Made by a program: the position numbers and the translations under genes
Source: Callorhinchus milii
Taxonomy: Eukaryota
DNA length: 60,000 nucleotides
NCBI RefSeq assembly: GCF_018977255.1
Contig: NW_024704742.1
Coordinates: forward strand, 116,748,001-116,808,000
Reading direction: 5' to 3'
Shown here: piece after piece, positions 11,154-23,433 of the stretch
Layout: each line of letters begins with the position of its first letter
How positions within the stretch are numbered: position 1 is the stretch's first letter
Notes under the pieces: generated by a model
The model's database searches: none
Seen by the model: only the letters and a program-made list of their open reading frames with translations
What the model was told of the DNA's origin: nothing

Positions 11154-14100
11154 CTGAATAATAACATGAATTATCAAATAAAATGCGGTTTGAACTTCAC
11201 TTTTACTGCTTCATAACCACAAAGATCACAAAAAAACTTTGAAATCAATTGTTTCCTCAAACATCCAGTATTTTCAAATTCAAAGTCCATGCCCTCACCT
11301 TACTACACATAAGTAGGTGCCTACATAGTGATCAACAATGGGAACCCAGGCGGATTTTTACTCTCCCTAACCCATTTTTTTTTGGTCAGCCAATGTCTGA
11401 CACTTGTGGAAACCCATCATCTTCACCACTTAAAGAGTATCCAAACCAAGCTGAGAATTCCATGCACCCCACCTACACATGGACATTAGTGAGAGAGATT
11501 GTTGGAATGGAGTGGAAAGTTCCTGGAATGCACATCCTCTCCCTGGAGGAATGCATCCTGCTTGCCTAATTCCTGAATGTATTAGACCCAGGTTGGAAAG
11601 AGCCAAGGCTTGGGGATCCCAGAATGTGTGTTGGGATACTGTGGAGTTTAATCAATGGCATAGTTAGCCACTGATCTCGCTGTCTGGCAAGCTTTCGCAC
11701 TGTTTGTCCAGCTAGGACCACCCTATCCATTAGGGCTTTGGCTTGCAAGATTGACAGAAGCTGAGTGGGATGATTCCCTGCCCACCCAGTGACTGGTCTA
11801 TCCTTCCAGGTCCTGTCATTGAACCAGGCTGACTGTGGTAACCAAAGAAGGTGAGGGCAATTCTAGCACCCCAAATGCTGCTCCTCTGAGATCAGCTAAA
11901 TCAGCACACACCAGGATTCATTTTTCATGACAAAATACAGAGCCAAGAATAACATGCTAACAATTCTGCATCAAACAAATCTCTTGCGTCATTCCTGATT
12001 CAGTACCTTCTGTTCTTCCTGTTTCACTTTCCCCCGCTCCCTCTTCCCCACTGTCAGTTCCAATAGTTCTGAACATCTAATTACAGCATGCATTGTGGAG
12101 TCACATCACTTGTGAACCGTTATGCAAACAAAATATTTTGTGAAGGTACTTTTTGTGTGGTAGGATTTTGTCTTAGAAATGTACTGTTAAATTAGTATTT
12201 TGTAAATTGTAGGTACTTTTGTTTCCTTAAATTTGTTACAATTTTTAAATTGCTTTTGTGCCTAAAATGTAGTTAAAATGGTTGGTTGGTTTCGTTGCCA
12301 CAAAAAGTGACTGATATTTGCATCATAATTACTGATTTCAGAGGTTTTCTTGACAATTTTATCCTTGATTGTACAAAAGAAAACTATCATGGGCAATATA
12401 GCCGTGGAAATTATCCATGGCATGGGGGGTATCTAGATACAGGAAGCCTAATTGAGAAAAGTAACAACCTACATAAGGTGAAGGATTGTTAGTCAGGACA
12501 CCAGGGGAAAATTTCCTTCTCTGGGAACCCTGGTTAGTACTGTCAGTGCTTAAAATCCTTATTAATAATTCAAATCCATTACGGGTAGAATGCGAATTTT
12601 CATGGAGGCTTCTAAATATTGTCTGAACACATTTCAAGTAACAGCTGAGCATTATATTTATCTATGCTCCATTAAGCAAATATGTCACTACACAGACTGA
12701 ATGGACTCCTAAAGAACAGATTCTGAAAATTTACTGCTAAAGGGATGGGAGCATACATTTTAATGTAATAACTTTTTGTGAAAAAACTAATGTTACAATT
12801 TACTAATATATTAAACTGTTGATAGTAACTCCTTCTTGTAAAAAGCAGTGGATCTATTACAAACATAATTCCATTAATTTCACATTAATAAACTAAATAA
12901 CTACAATCAATTTGCAATACGACCTTATGCTGTTCAGAAAACTGCAGTTGGTAAGTCAAAATAATGAACCAAACAAACACAGAACAACCTTACTGGACTC
13001 AAGCCTCCAAACAAAGCCTGTGGATAACCATTGATACACTTGGTGCAGTCCTATTGGCTTCCTGGATACTAGGAGGTCTTTAAACAAACAAGCAATTTTT
13101 TAACCTTTATTTAAATATAACTAAACTTGTAGCTTGAAGCACCTTCATATACAGTAAATATCTTAAAATGCTTTACAAAGACAATGGGGATTCCTGATCA
13201 AGACGAGGGGATGGAGATAAGTGATCAGTTTTTAATTGCAGCTTCAACAGCACAGCTGTTTAATATTTATTTTTCTGCATGGACCTGATAAAGAGAATAA
13301 TATCTGCTTTTCTCCAGCACAAATGTACTTTGTAATGATTTTAGGGATGAACCCTGAGGCTTCAAGGCTTTTCATTAAAAGATTCATTTTAATAATTAAA
13401 AGTAAACGAGTGACTCATACTTGAAACAAAAGTTTGATTGAAACGTGTACTGTTTAGAGGGTTTGTGTTTATTTATATATGATTATAGATATGATTAATT
13501 GATGTAATAAGTTAATATTTCACACTTTAAATATCTGAGTGTGATACTTATAAAGCTGGTAAGTGTATAGGTGGGATATCAATGCAACTAGAACTGCTTT
13601 ACATTCCCACCCCCTGCCTGATTCACAGGATAATTTTTCAGCTATATGCTTAGACTCACTTAGCCTCAAAATAGAACTTCATCATGGGACAAGAAATTAA
13701 GCTATGTAATGAAAAGTGACAATGAAAAGTACTATGGATAAGATAGGAGGCTGAGACAGGGCAAGATTTTAGGTGATAAAATATTGCATAATAAATTATT
13801 TGTGATTCGGGAACATTTTAAGGTTTTTGATGTAAAATTGAGTTAACATATAAAATCTAAAAATGTATTTTGGTTTTTTTTTCTGGTGTAAATATGTATG
13901 CAGTATCACTTACGATTGTAATACATATCACTATTTACAAGCACACCATTTATGTACTTTGCTCTAATGAGTAAGCTATTGGAGATCTACTTGCCAACCT
14001 CTCTCTTACTCCTCAGTACAGCCTTTGATGTTTTATCTAAGTCTGGATTCATGAATTTTTGGTAAGTTTTTTAAAACAATAGTTTTGATTACTGCAATAC

Positions 14101-14834
14101 ACTTGATAATTTTGTTATGTAAGATTTCAGAGTTTGCAATATTTTTTCACAATAATAAAATATTTCTTCATTTCTTTATTACCACAAAGTGGACTAAAAA
14201 TAAATGGATCACATACCTAGACTGTAGTTGTTTTCAATAACTACGTTTTGCACTAGGGGAATACTATTTTGAGTGCTTGAAACACCAGACAAATAGTTCA
14301 TCCCAAACCTATGAAAGATTTTTAAAATTTATTATGGGAAACAAAATCTTAACATTTAACATTGCTAAGCCAATACTCAAGACGTCCTCCCGACATGAAA
14401 GGCACTCTATAAACGTAATTTTGTTGTTGTTGTTGATTATACTTCAAGGATCTGTATTGCTTAAAAACTTTTTGATGTCACTCGGATCCTATAACCACAT
14501 ATAATAATAATAATCCTTGCATTTGAAATAGCACCTTCCATATCGATAAGACATCTCAAAGCACTTCAAAGGAGTTTACTGTAAAGTGTCTGTGTATTTG
14601 AAGGTGAATGTGGCAGCCCATTTTTGCATAGCAATGTCCCACGAACAGCTATGAAGTGAATGCCCAATTTTATTTGGTGGATTTGTTGACCAGGAAACTG
14701 GGACACTCCCTTCTCCCACGGGATCTTTGACATCTATCTGAACAAGCAGATAGAACCTTGGTTTAATTGTCTCATCCGAAGGAAAGCACCTCTGTCAATG
14801 CAGCATTCTCCAACACTGCATTTGAGTATTTTCT

Positions 14835-15527
14835 ACAGCCCATGTCCTCTCCCGCACCAGACTCCGTGACCTGATCACCCCCATCCTCGCCCAATTCACC
14901 TGGCTTCCCATCACTCATCTAGAGTATATAGTTCAAGAACAAAACAGAAAATACTACAGATGCTGGAAATCTGAAACAAAAACAAAGAGAGCTGGGAAAA
15001 CTCAGTAGATCAGGTAGCATCTATGGAAAAAGAACTCACTTTCCTTTCTCCATAGATGCTGCCTGACCTGTTGAGATTTCCCCGCTCTCTCTGTTTTTGT
15101 TTACATTTCAAGATCCTGATCTTCACCTTCAAAGCCCTCCATAGCCTTGCTCCCCTCTACCTGTGACTCCTAACCCTTTACCACCCTGCCCGCACCCTTC
15201 GCTCAGCGGACTCTGGCCTGCTGCACGTCCCCCGCCTCACCTGCCCCACCATTGGTGGGCAAGCCTTCAGTCGCTCTGCCCCCACTCTCCGGAACTCCAT
15301 CCTGCAGTTCCTCTGTCTTGCCCCTTCCTTTGCTTCTTTCAAGGCCGATCTCAAAACCCTACTCTTCAACCATGCCTTCGATCACCCTCCTTCCCCCTTT
15401 GCCCTTCACCCCCTGCCCTTCACTCTCCGCAATCCCGACCCCCAGTTCGAAACACTGACTGTCCAGCGCCTTGGGACATCCTCCCAACGTGAAGGGCGCT
15501 ATCCAAATGTAATCTTGTTGTTGTTGA
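14835..15527 (+). mobile_element. L2 3' fragment interrupted by a palindromic insertion (14938-15102)
   Basis: L2 homology resumes after the duplicated TTCAAG, (TTG)n tail. Confidence 0.8.
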
Positions 15528-15780
15528 GTATGAATTTAAGACAATATGAGCTTAAAGTACCCAAATGGGGCTTGAACCCACAATCTAGTTACTCAGAGGT
15601 GAGTGCACTATCAACTGAACCAGGATCTTCCAATGAGATGAGAAATATGAGATTATACCTCTTTAAATCTTATGTGATGACCAAAACATGTTTTTGCGGG
15701 AAAATACATTTCAAATACAAAGTTCATTTTTGCTTGGTAATTCAATATTCTATAAGATGTCAGACTTGTTGATCTCTGGT

Positions 15781-15905
15781 TCCCAGATTATCTTTTTGAC
15801 TATTTTTGGCATTACATTCCCTATTCTCAGATTATCATTTTGAATATTTTTGGCATTGTATTCCCTTGTTCTCAGATTATGTTTTTGACTCTTTTTGGCA
15901 TTATG
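15781..15905 (+). repeat. Tandem repeat, 3 x ~45 bp
   Basis: CAGATTAT..TTTGA.T.TTTTTGGCATT unit repeated three times. Confidence 0.8.
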
Positions 15906-18429
15906 GTCTCCAATTCTCTATTTTCAATGGGTCCCCTAAATGTCCAATTTCATTAGCTACTTCAAGGACCTTTACATATAATTACCATACATCACTGTGA
16001 TGGAAAAAGATATTATATTATTTATATAAGGATTATATATGATAGGCTGTATAATTTAATGTAGGTACACACCTAGTATTTCGCTGACACAGGTCTAACA
16101 ATCAATGGTAGACATGATTAACCACATTACATGGTACCGAATATAATTAGCCTTAGTCAATTATAGATGAGGTTTGAGATAAAGTAAGAGTCAGGGTGAT
16201 TAGGTAAGTGCTATAGAGCAGACAAATCCAGACAATCATCTATTTTATCAAAATACATTGCATTCTTGGAATCTGCTCATCTTATTCTAAATTCCATCTT
16301 TACCTGGAGATAGATTATGTCTTCCTCCATGAATAATTGTGCTTCCATATTGTCCTACTCTGCAGTTTCTTGGTTCTCTCAATCCACTGACACTGACGAT
16401 GTCAGCTGTGGCAAAGTATGAAACATACTATACCTCAATTAATTTATTTTAAAAATATACAGTATGTTGATTTAGGAAATTAGTGATTCAGCTGACAACA
16501 TTGTTACGTTTGAAAAGCCTGTGGTTCAAACTCAACAAAATAATGTACAATCATTGATAAAATTAATAAATTGAACATAATGTAATATTATATGACCCTA
16601 CCTTAATAATGACTGAGATTGGTCGAATTGTGCTATTCCATTATAAGCCTACAGAGAGAATTGTACATTAGTCTTTCGTACCCAAAAATATTAGTGATAC
16701 TGGGACAAGACATTTTCAACTGATATCTAACTAGTTTTAAACTTTGTATTCTATTATTTATTACAAATTGTATTTATAATTGTATTTGTAATAGAATACA
16801 AAACAAACTTTTTTTGTTATATAAAATGTTATAAAAATGGAGTGCAAAACATACTATTTGTAACAATCAATGTAAAATATCCCACCAGTGGATATTACCA
16901 TCTTGTAACTAAATCAAAACCTATCTTCACCTACCATTCATGCACTACACTTCCAAAAGAAAATAACCAAACAGTGTAATAAGCAGGATTGGAAACCCTG
17001 GTTGATATTTTTACTTCCATAGCCCAGGAGTGCTGAGACCATTGGTGCTCCATGTGAAATTAATTCCAAATGAGAGATTGAACCTTAGTCCATCCTGTGT
17101 AGATGTGGATCAGGATCATGCCAGGCTATGCATTTACGCACTGAGCCATGAGGAGAACACATGAATGCAGAGCTAAGAATTACAGCTTACACAATGGTCT
17201 TCCAATCACTGAGGTAATGGGAAATGGGAAGCCAAGCATATTCTATTCATCTTGGCATTTACTTATTTCATGCCGTCTCTCATGGAAGATCCCATTACAA
17301 GGACTCCATTACAGGTGCAATTTTGAAAAACATAAGCAGCTGGTCTGACAATGGGAGGAAATCGAACGCTGTGTCTTCCATGATGCTTAACTCTGCAGCA
17401 GGTAAATTTCCTGCTGGTAGCAAAGTATTACTGAGTATACAGTATTTTTTCGTATTTGATTTGCATTACCTCGCTTTGCTGCGTGCTGATAAAATTAGGA
17501 CCAGATAGTGCATTGTTATGTGTATTTCTTCCATGTTTTATGGACTAATGTATTGACCAATTTTTTTGTGAAGGTTGCAAAAAGTCTTATTATATGTACT
17601 TATTTTGCAAGAGGGGTTTGGATGAAGAAGGCCCTTTGACCCATTTGACTTCATTCTTTCAGAATACCCATCCCATGTAGAAAGCAGCTGAACAGGTGCA
17701 AGGACAGTAGTTTGGGAATGGCGAAGAACCAGAATTACTGTTCCATCAGGTTTATTATGTGCAAGTGCAATATATTTAAACCTGACTCGCATCATTGTGT
17801 CATGCATCTGTTAAATTGTGAGAAGAAAATGCTTTGTTAAATAGTGGCTACAGACAAGTGTTGGCAAGCAAGAGGGGTTCTCACATCTGAATCTGCTGTT
17901 CAGTTTCAACCTTGATTTTTTTAAAAAAAGTTTTGATTACTGTGAACACATTGAATTATTACATACTTTAAATGTATGCCTGTTTAAAATCCAATATAAA
18001 AATTCAGTATTTATAACAGGTTGTAACACCAAGTTTCAATACTAATTTTAGCATCACTAAAGCTTGCCTGTTTTCATTTGTGAGTTTTCGCAGTTGTGAC
18101 CAGTCCTAAATGCAACACTGTGTATTGTCCACTGTTTCACCAGTACTCAATCATAGCTCCATATTGATGGAAGAGGATCTGTCCCAACTTGCAGAAATGA
18201 ACAGCCTGTCACACAGTCAGCGTCACTGGCGATAGCCATGGAAAAATAGGCTCACCACAGAGGCAAACAGCAATGAGCTTCCCAATATAGAGGAAGGGGG
18301 ATACAAAATAAAACCAACTAGATATTTTGCATGAAAATACAATTTCCTAAATGCAAGGATTTTTGCATTATTGTTATTTATTGCAACTTTTCCTGCTAGT
18401 TTCCAATTTTGATATCACACATTTCATAC

Positions 18430-18521
18430 CTGGCTATTCACTTGCTGCTGCTGATGATTTTCATCATTTAATCGAAAATATGTAGATTTGGGAATCATCT
18501 GTATCACAGGTGAATAAATTC
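18430..18521 (-). CDS. ANKRD31: ANKRD31 coding exon 3 (GIYSPVIQMIPKSTYFRLNDENHQQQQVNSQ)
   Basis: Acceptor aacttttag, donor CAG|GTATGA, phase 1->0. SPVIQM resembles human SPEIQL. Confidence 0.7.
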
Positions 18522-19397
18522 CTAAAAGTTTAAAAGAAAGATTATTTAGTAAATCTAAAAGCATCTAGTTTGTTTTTATCAGTGCCTTCAACCCTCTAGA
18601 TATGAATTCATCAACCAGTCCTCAATCATAGCATTTTGTTCGTGAAATGCAGGAAGTGACATCAGCAATGCTTCTTGTATATAATGTAGGAAGCTAATCC
18701 TTTCATTTTGCTTTAGTGCTTTCGTGTATCAAAACATCTCAAAGTTCTTCAAAGAAACCTCTGTAACATATAGTGACTTCCAGAATACCCACTAGGAAGC
18801 TAGATTTTCACATGATGAATAAGTGAATAGAGAGTATGAGAGTTGAAGACTCATGTGGATTATAAACACCAGCACGGACTGGTTGGATCAAATGGTCTGT
18901 CTCTATGATGTACAATCTATGTAAAGATTTCATAATCCATTATGATAACCCTAATATTGTATCTTGAAACATCAACAGAGAAAGTTGTGTTGCCAAAACA
19001 CAATAGAGTTCTCATGCACTATGGAACTATAGGTCCAGCCTCACAGCTGGGATTCTGGCATGAATTTGTGGAACTTTTAGTTTTGTCAGAATGCTCTTAA
19101 GCACGGCAAAGCTTTTCCACATGTGTCAGACATCTAGCTGACCAAAGCAAAATCTAGGATTCCTACCACAATTCGAGGACAGGCACTTCCCCATAATCAG
19201 AAAGATCTGTCACACGAGAGTACTCTTGTGCAACTCCTAGCGTTGAGCAACACTGGTTATGCTGGTTCTCTTGGCCAGAAGAACCAGAACTTTGGGCGGT
19301 GTAACAAAAATAATGAACAAAAGAAAAGATTGAATGAGAAAAGATGAATGTAATATGCACTTTTCTGATAAATAAAAGAGCAACAGAAAAGCATTAC

Positions 19398-19480
19398 CTC
19401 CAATTGGTTCATCTGACCCTGATGTAAAATCGCTCATTGTATGATAGAGCTGAATAGCATTTTTATGAAAGAACAGCATC
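19398..19480 (-). CDS. ANKRD31: ANKRD31 coding exon 2 (RMLFFHKNAIQLYHTMSDFTSGSDEPIG)
   Basis: Acceptor ttttctgcag, donor GAG|GTAATG, open frame, phase 2->1 fits both neighbours. Confidence 0.7.
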
Positions 19481-21908
19481 CTGCAGAAAATATAGGAAGA
19501 AGCATTTATTTGCAACAGCAATCTTAAAAACGTCTAATTTGGTAATAAGCTACCCGATATAGTGAGCAAAAGACTGATTCTGCAGTCCACTGTGTTCAAC
19601 CCCATTCTTGATCCTCAGGATCATAGTACATGTTTGTCTGGGGAGATCAAGCAATTGGGGAAAAATAAAGGAATCCTACTACTCATGAGTTTTTTAAAAT
19701 TAAAAGTGAAGTCTCCAATATTAGCATTCTTTTTCAATTAAATCTCCCAAAACATTATGCTTCGGTTATCACTAAAATACACCATAAAATAAAATAAAAA
19801 TATCTAAACATAAAAGAGGATGCTAAAGTGCACTGAAGATTGTAAATTCAGATTCAATTCCACTGAATTCCCAACTTCAGCCGTATTGCTTTGGAGAGAT
19901 ACTGGTCAGATACTGTCTCCCCACATTGGAAAATAATTGTTGTTGAAAATAATTGTTGTTCATGTCCTGACATGTGTTTTATGTGCCAGTTGCCTAGCCT
20001 ATTTAACTGCCTTCTCAACCTTAATGGCATGCAAGGGATGTTCTTGTGTCTTTGCTATGGTTAATTCAGAATCAGATTGGTTCAAAATTCTTCATTCTAA
20101 CTTGCGGATTTTCACTTTCTATGGAGCACCATTACAATACTGTATCTTTGTGATCCTAGTTGTTCAGAGGAAGCAAATGAAGAATCAAAATCATTTTCAT
20201 TCTGTTTCCAGGCAGTGTGAATGGAGATTCATTTTGGCCCCCTTTTTCCTCACTTCCCCAGTTCTCCTCGCCCCAAGCTTGGATTCCCAATTTGTTCTAC
20301 AAAGTGCTTTGAGACATCCTCCTGATGTGAAAAGTGCTATATAAATTGTCTTTTTTCCATCTTTTCAGCAAACAGATTTAACATTTATCTCTTCACTTTG
20401 GCATCATTATTCTCATTGGGTAACATTATTCTGTACAAATAACTGGTAGTGATACCAGTTGATAATAATAAATACTAAGATACAGATTTCTGCCACAATT
20501 CAACAACATACGGTAAAATATTTGTGGTTTCCTTATGATAGAACAATCAGCACCATCTACTGACTGCAGTTAGTATTTCACATGCATGCTCAGCTTGTTT
20601 CGCCACTATTACAAGTAACTGCAAAGTATGAGCCAATTGGAAAGAACCAATAAGTGGTGTCTTAAGAAGCTCAACTATTTAATAATCATGTAAATATATG
20701 TCAGGAATAATTCTACAAAAACTACTGGATAGTGACCTTCACACTGTGTACACTACTTCCCCAAACTCCACAGAAACGTAAATAAAACATTTTATACTGA
20801 GAGATTCAGCAGTTTCCTGGAAAAAAGTGCAAGTTGTACTAATATGTCCAATCAGTACAATGTCCATGGTGAGATAAGAAATGGCCTTCAGAGATTAGAA
20901 AGGTGACATCGGGGGTGGGAGGGCAACACTGTCAGAAAAGCTTTTGATGTGTAATTGAATTTGAATTTGAGATTCTATGCTTTTCTAAAGGTTAAGGTTG
21001 CAGACACGAAGTGAAGACTCCTCTTTGTATTTCACCTTAACAGTGGGTTAGTCCTAGCTGGACAAGCGAGAGGAAAGTTTGCCAGACAGTTCTTTCAATG
21101 GCAAGCAATGGGTTAGCTTGCCATTTTAGCTGATTAAACTCCAGCAGGAAACCCCACACACATTCTGGGGTCTTAAAACCTTGGTTCTCATCAGCCTGTG
21201 CCTAATGCATCCCAGAATTCGGTAAGCAGGATACATCCCTCCAGGGAGAGAATGCGCATTCCATGCCACACGTGGAAATTTCCATGTGTAGATGGCATGC
21301 ATGGAATTCTGTTTCGTTTGGATACTTAAGCATGGTAATAGGAATCTGTATACATTGGACACCCAGCTGACCATAAATAAATTCTGGATTGATCTTGCTG
21401 ACATGGGAGTTAGGATGTTCTTCGTAAGCAACAGAATGTTGTGATGCTTAGCACACTGTATGATGTGTTACGTTGAAGTAATGTATAATGGGATAAAGCA
21501 ACCCGTTAACTGCACATGCCCAGACATCATTAAGACACTCCAAGACAACAAGAGAGCTGTTTTTTTCAAAGTCAGAAATGACAGACACTCTCAAGAGATA
21601 GTTGAGTGGTTAAATTATATGCTTAGTAGGCTCCTTGAGCTCATATACTGATTGGTTCTGACATGCATAACTTCGTCTGCGCTTCGTCCATGAAGTTCAA
21701 CCAGCAGGGTATTCTGCACAGCATAACTCTTGATGAACTCTGAACTGCTCTTGGCTGCTAATATTAACAGTACCGCAATTTTGACCCCATTTGTTTTTTG
21801 CATTTTTTTTAGCAGATATGTGTGTGTTTTTTTTAAAAATAGGAGTTAATGATTGGGTAGCTTTATTACTGTAATACCTGTCGGGCGTGGGTTTGGGCAT
21901 TACAACAA

Positions 21909-22227
21909 ATAATAATAATAATAATCCTTGCATTTGATATAGCGCTTTTCATGTCAGGAGGACCTCCCAAAGCACTTCACAGAACACACTGCAAAGTGAA
22001 TTGACTGTATATTTGTGGGCGAACGCGGCAGCCAATTGCGCACAGCAATGTCCCACAAACAGATGTAGATTGAAAATGACCAATTTATTATTGTTTTTGG
22101 TTTTGGAGGGATTATTATTAGGCTCTGTGTGGAGTAAGCAAACTTGCCCAAGGTTTCGCCCTGACCTGCCTGGAACTGAACTCAGGACTCTCGCTTGCAA
22201 AGCGAGTGCTCTAACCACTGAGCTACA
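21909..22227 (-). mobile_element. Full-length SINE, same family
   Basis: Near-identical reverse complement of 1796-2117. Confidence 0.92.
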
Positions 22228-22559
22228 AGCCGAACAAGTAAAAGCACACGTCTGCCCAGATTAACCGGGTCTTTCAGGGTCAGCAAAAATAATTCCACAG
22301 CAGGCCAGTCAACACCTGAAGGAAGAAGCCAGTTCACTTTTTGTAAGGAGCTCTTTGGAAGCAATGGCGTAGACGTGGCAGCAGTTAAACCAGCAATGCC
22401 TGATTCCCTGCCAACTCCCTGATGGCCCTCGTGCGTTCCACCTTTCCTGGGAATGTCATTTCCTGGGATTCCTCCTGAACGTGTGCAGTTCTGCATTTAA
22501 ATGCAGCCAAAGCTCCTGTTTCGTGAGATTCTGCAACTGAGGTGTTGAATAATACCTCA

Positions 22560-23230
22560 AAAGTTATCACTCGCGGCGTTTACGTGTTTTGAGGCGATGC
22601 GGTCAACCTCGTGTGATGGCGGTTCTCGGGAAGAAACACGAGCGTTCGTCCACAAGAAACTCTTCAGTCCTTATCGGTCATTTCCTCGTGGGGGGGGAAA
22701 GAATGGGTCTGCAGCTGGAGAGACTCTGGGGGGGGGAGGGGGGGGAGACAGAGACACGCCATGTCTGGGGTGGGGGAGACTGTCACTCCTTGTGTCTGAG
22801 GGGGAGACGGTGGGGGAGGGGAGGGGAGGGGGTGGGAGGCCAGTGCTCCCCCTGGTTACTGAGGGGTAACATGGCTGCTGTACCTGTTCAGGTCAGGTGT
22901 GCTCTCGCCGTCGCTCTCCTGGACCGAGGCCGCCACGACGCTCTCGTCGCTCTCACAGTCCGACACGTCCGTTGCCTCCATTCGCCCGACAGCCGCTCGG
23001 ACGGACACACACACAGAGACACACACAGCGCAGGCGCGCCCAGCCCCGCCACCTTACCGCGCATGCGTCCCGCCAGTCGGCGGTCGACGGACCGACTGCC
23101 GCCCCTAATGCGCAGGCGCAGCGAGCATTCGCCGCCACGGGAACGCCGTTCCGGCGCACGCGTACTGGACCACCGCGCGGAGCATGCGCAGACCGCGAGT
23201 GAGTTACATCGAGTGCAAAGCAGGACGGGG
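22560..23230 (-). promoter_or_regulatory. CpG-island promoter of ANKRD31 with an NRF1-like motif cluster
   Basis: CpG-dense. NRF1-like sites at 23028-37, 23059-68, 23109-20 (TGCGCAGGCGCA), 23154-63 and 23180-90. E2F-like TCCCGCC at 23068-74. Confidence 0.7.
22884..22981 (-). CDS. ANKRD31: ANKRD31 first coding exon (MEATDVSDCESDESVVAASVQESDGESTPDLN)
   Basis: ATG at 22981 in a CpG island, donor CAG|GTACAG, ends in phase 2. ESDESVVAASVQESD resembles the human ANKRD31 N-terminus (DSDETVIEGSVTESD, from memory). Divergent from HMGCR as in human. Confidence 0.8.
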
Positions 23231-23433
23231 TTGGGGGGGGGGGAGGGAGGGGCGGAGGGGGGGGTGCGGGGAGGGAGGGGCGGAGGGGGGGGGTGCGGGG
23301 AGGGAGGGACGGAGGGGGGGGTGCGGGGAGGGAGGGACGGAGGGGGGGGTGCGGGGGAGGGGCGGAGGGGGGGTGCGGGGAGGGAGGGGCGGGGGGGTGC
23401 GGGGGAGGGGCGGAGGAGAGGTGTGCGGGGGGT
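23227..23433 (+). repeat. G-rich minisatellite (~GGGAGGGAGGGGCGGAGGGGGGGGTGCG)n with G-quadruplex potential
   Basis: About 6-7 imperfect units of G-runs read directly from the sequence. Confidence 0.9.

Noticed and set aside
15781..15905. CRISPR-like short repeats
   Set aside because: Eukaryotic intron, plain tandem units without unique spacers, no cas genes.
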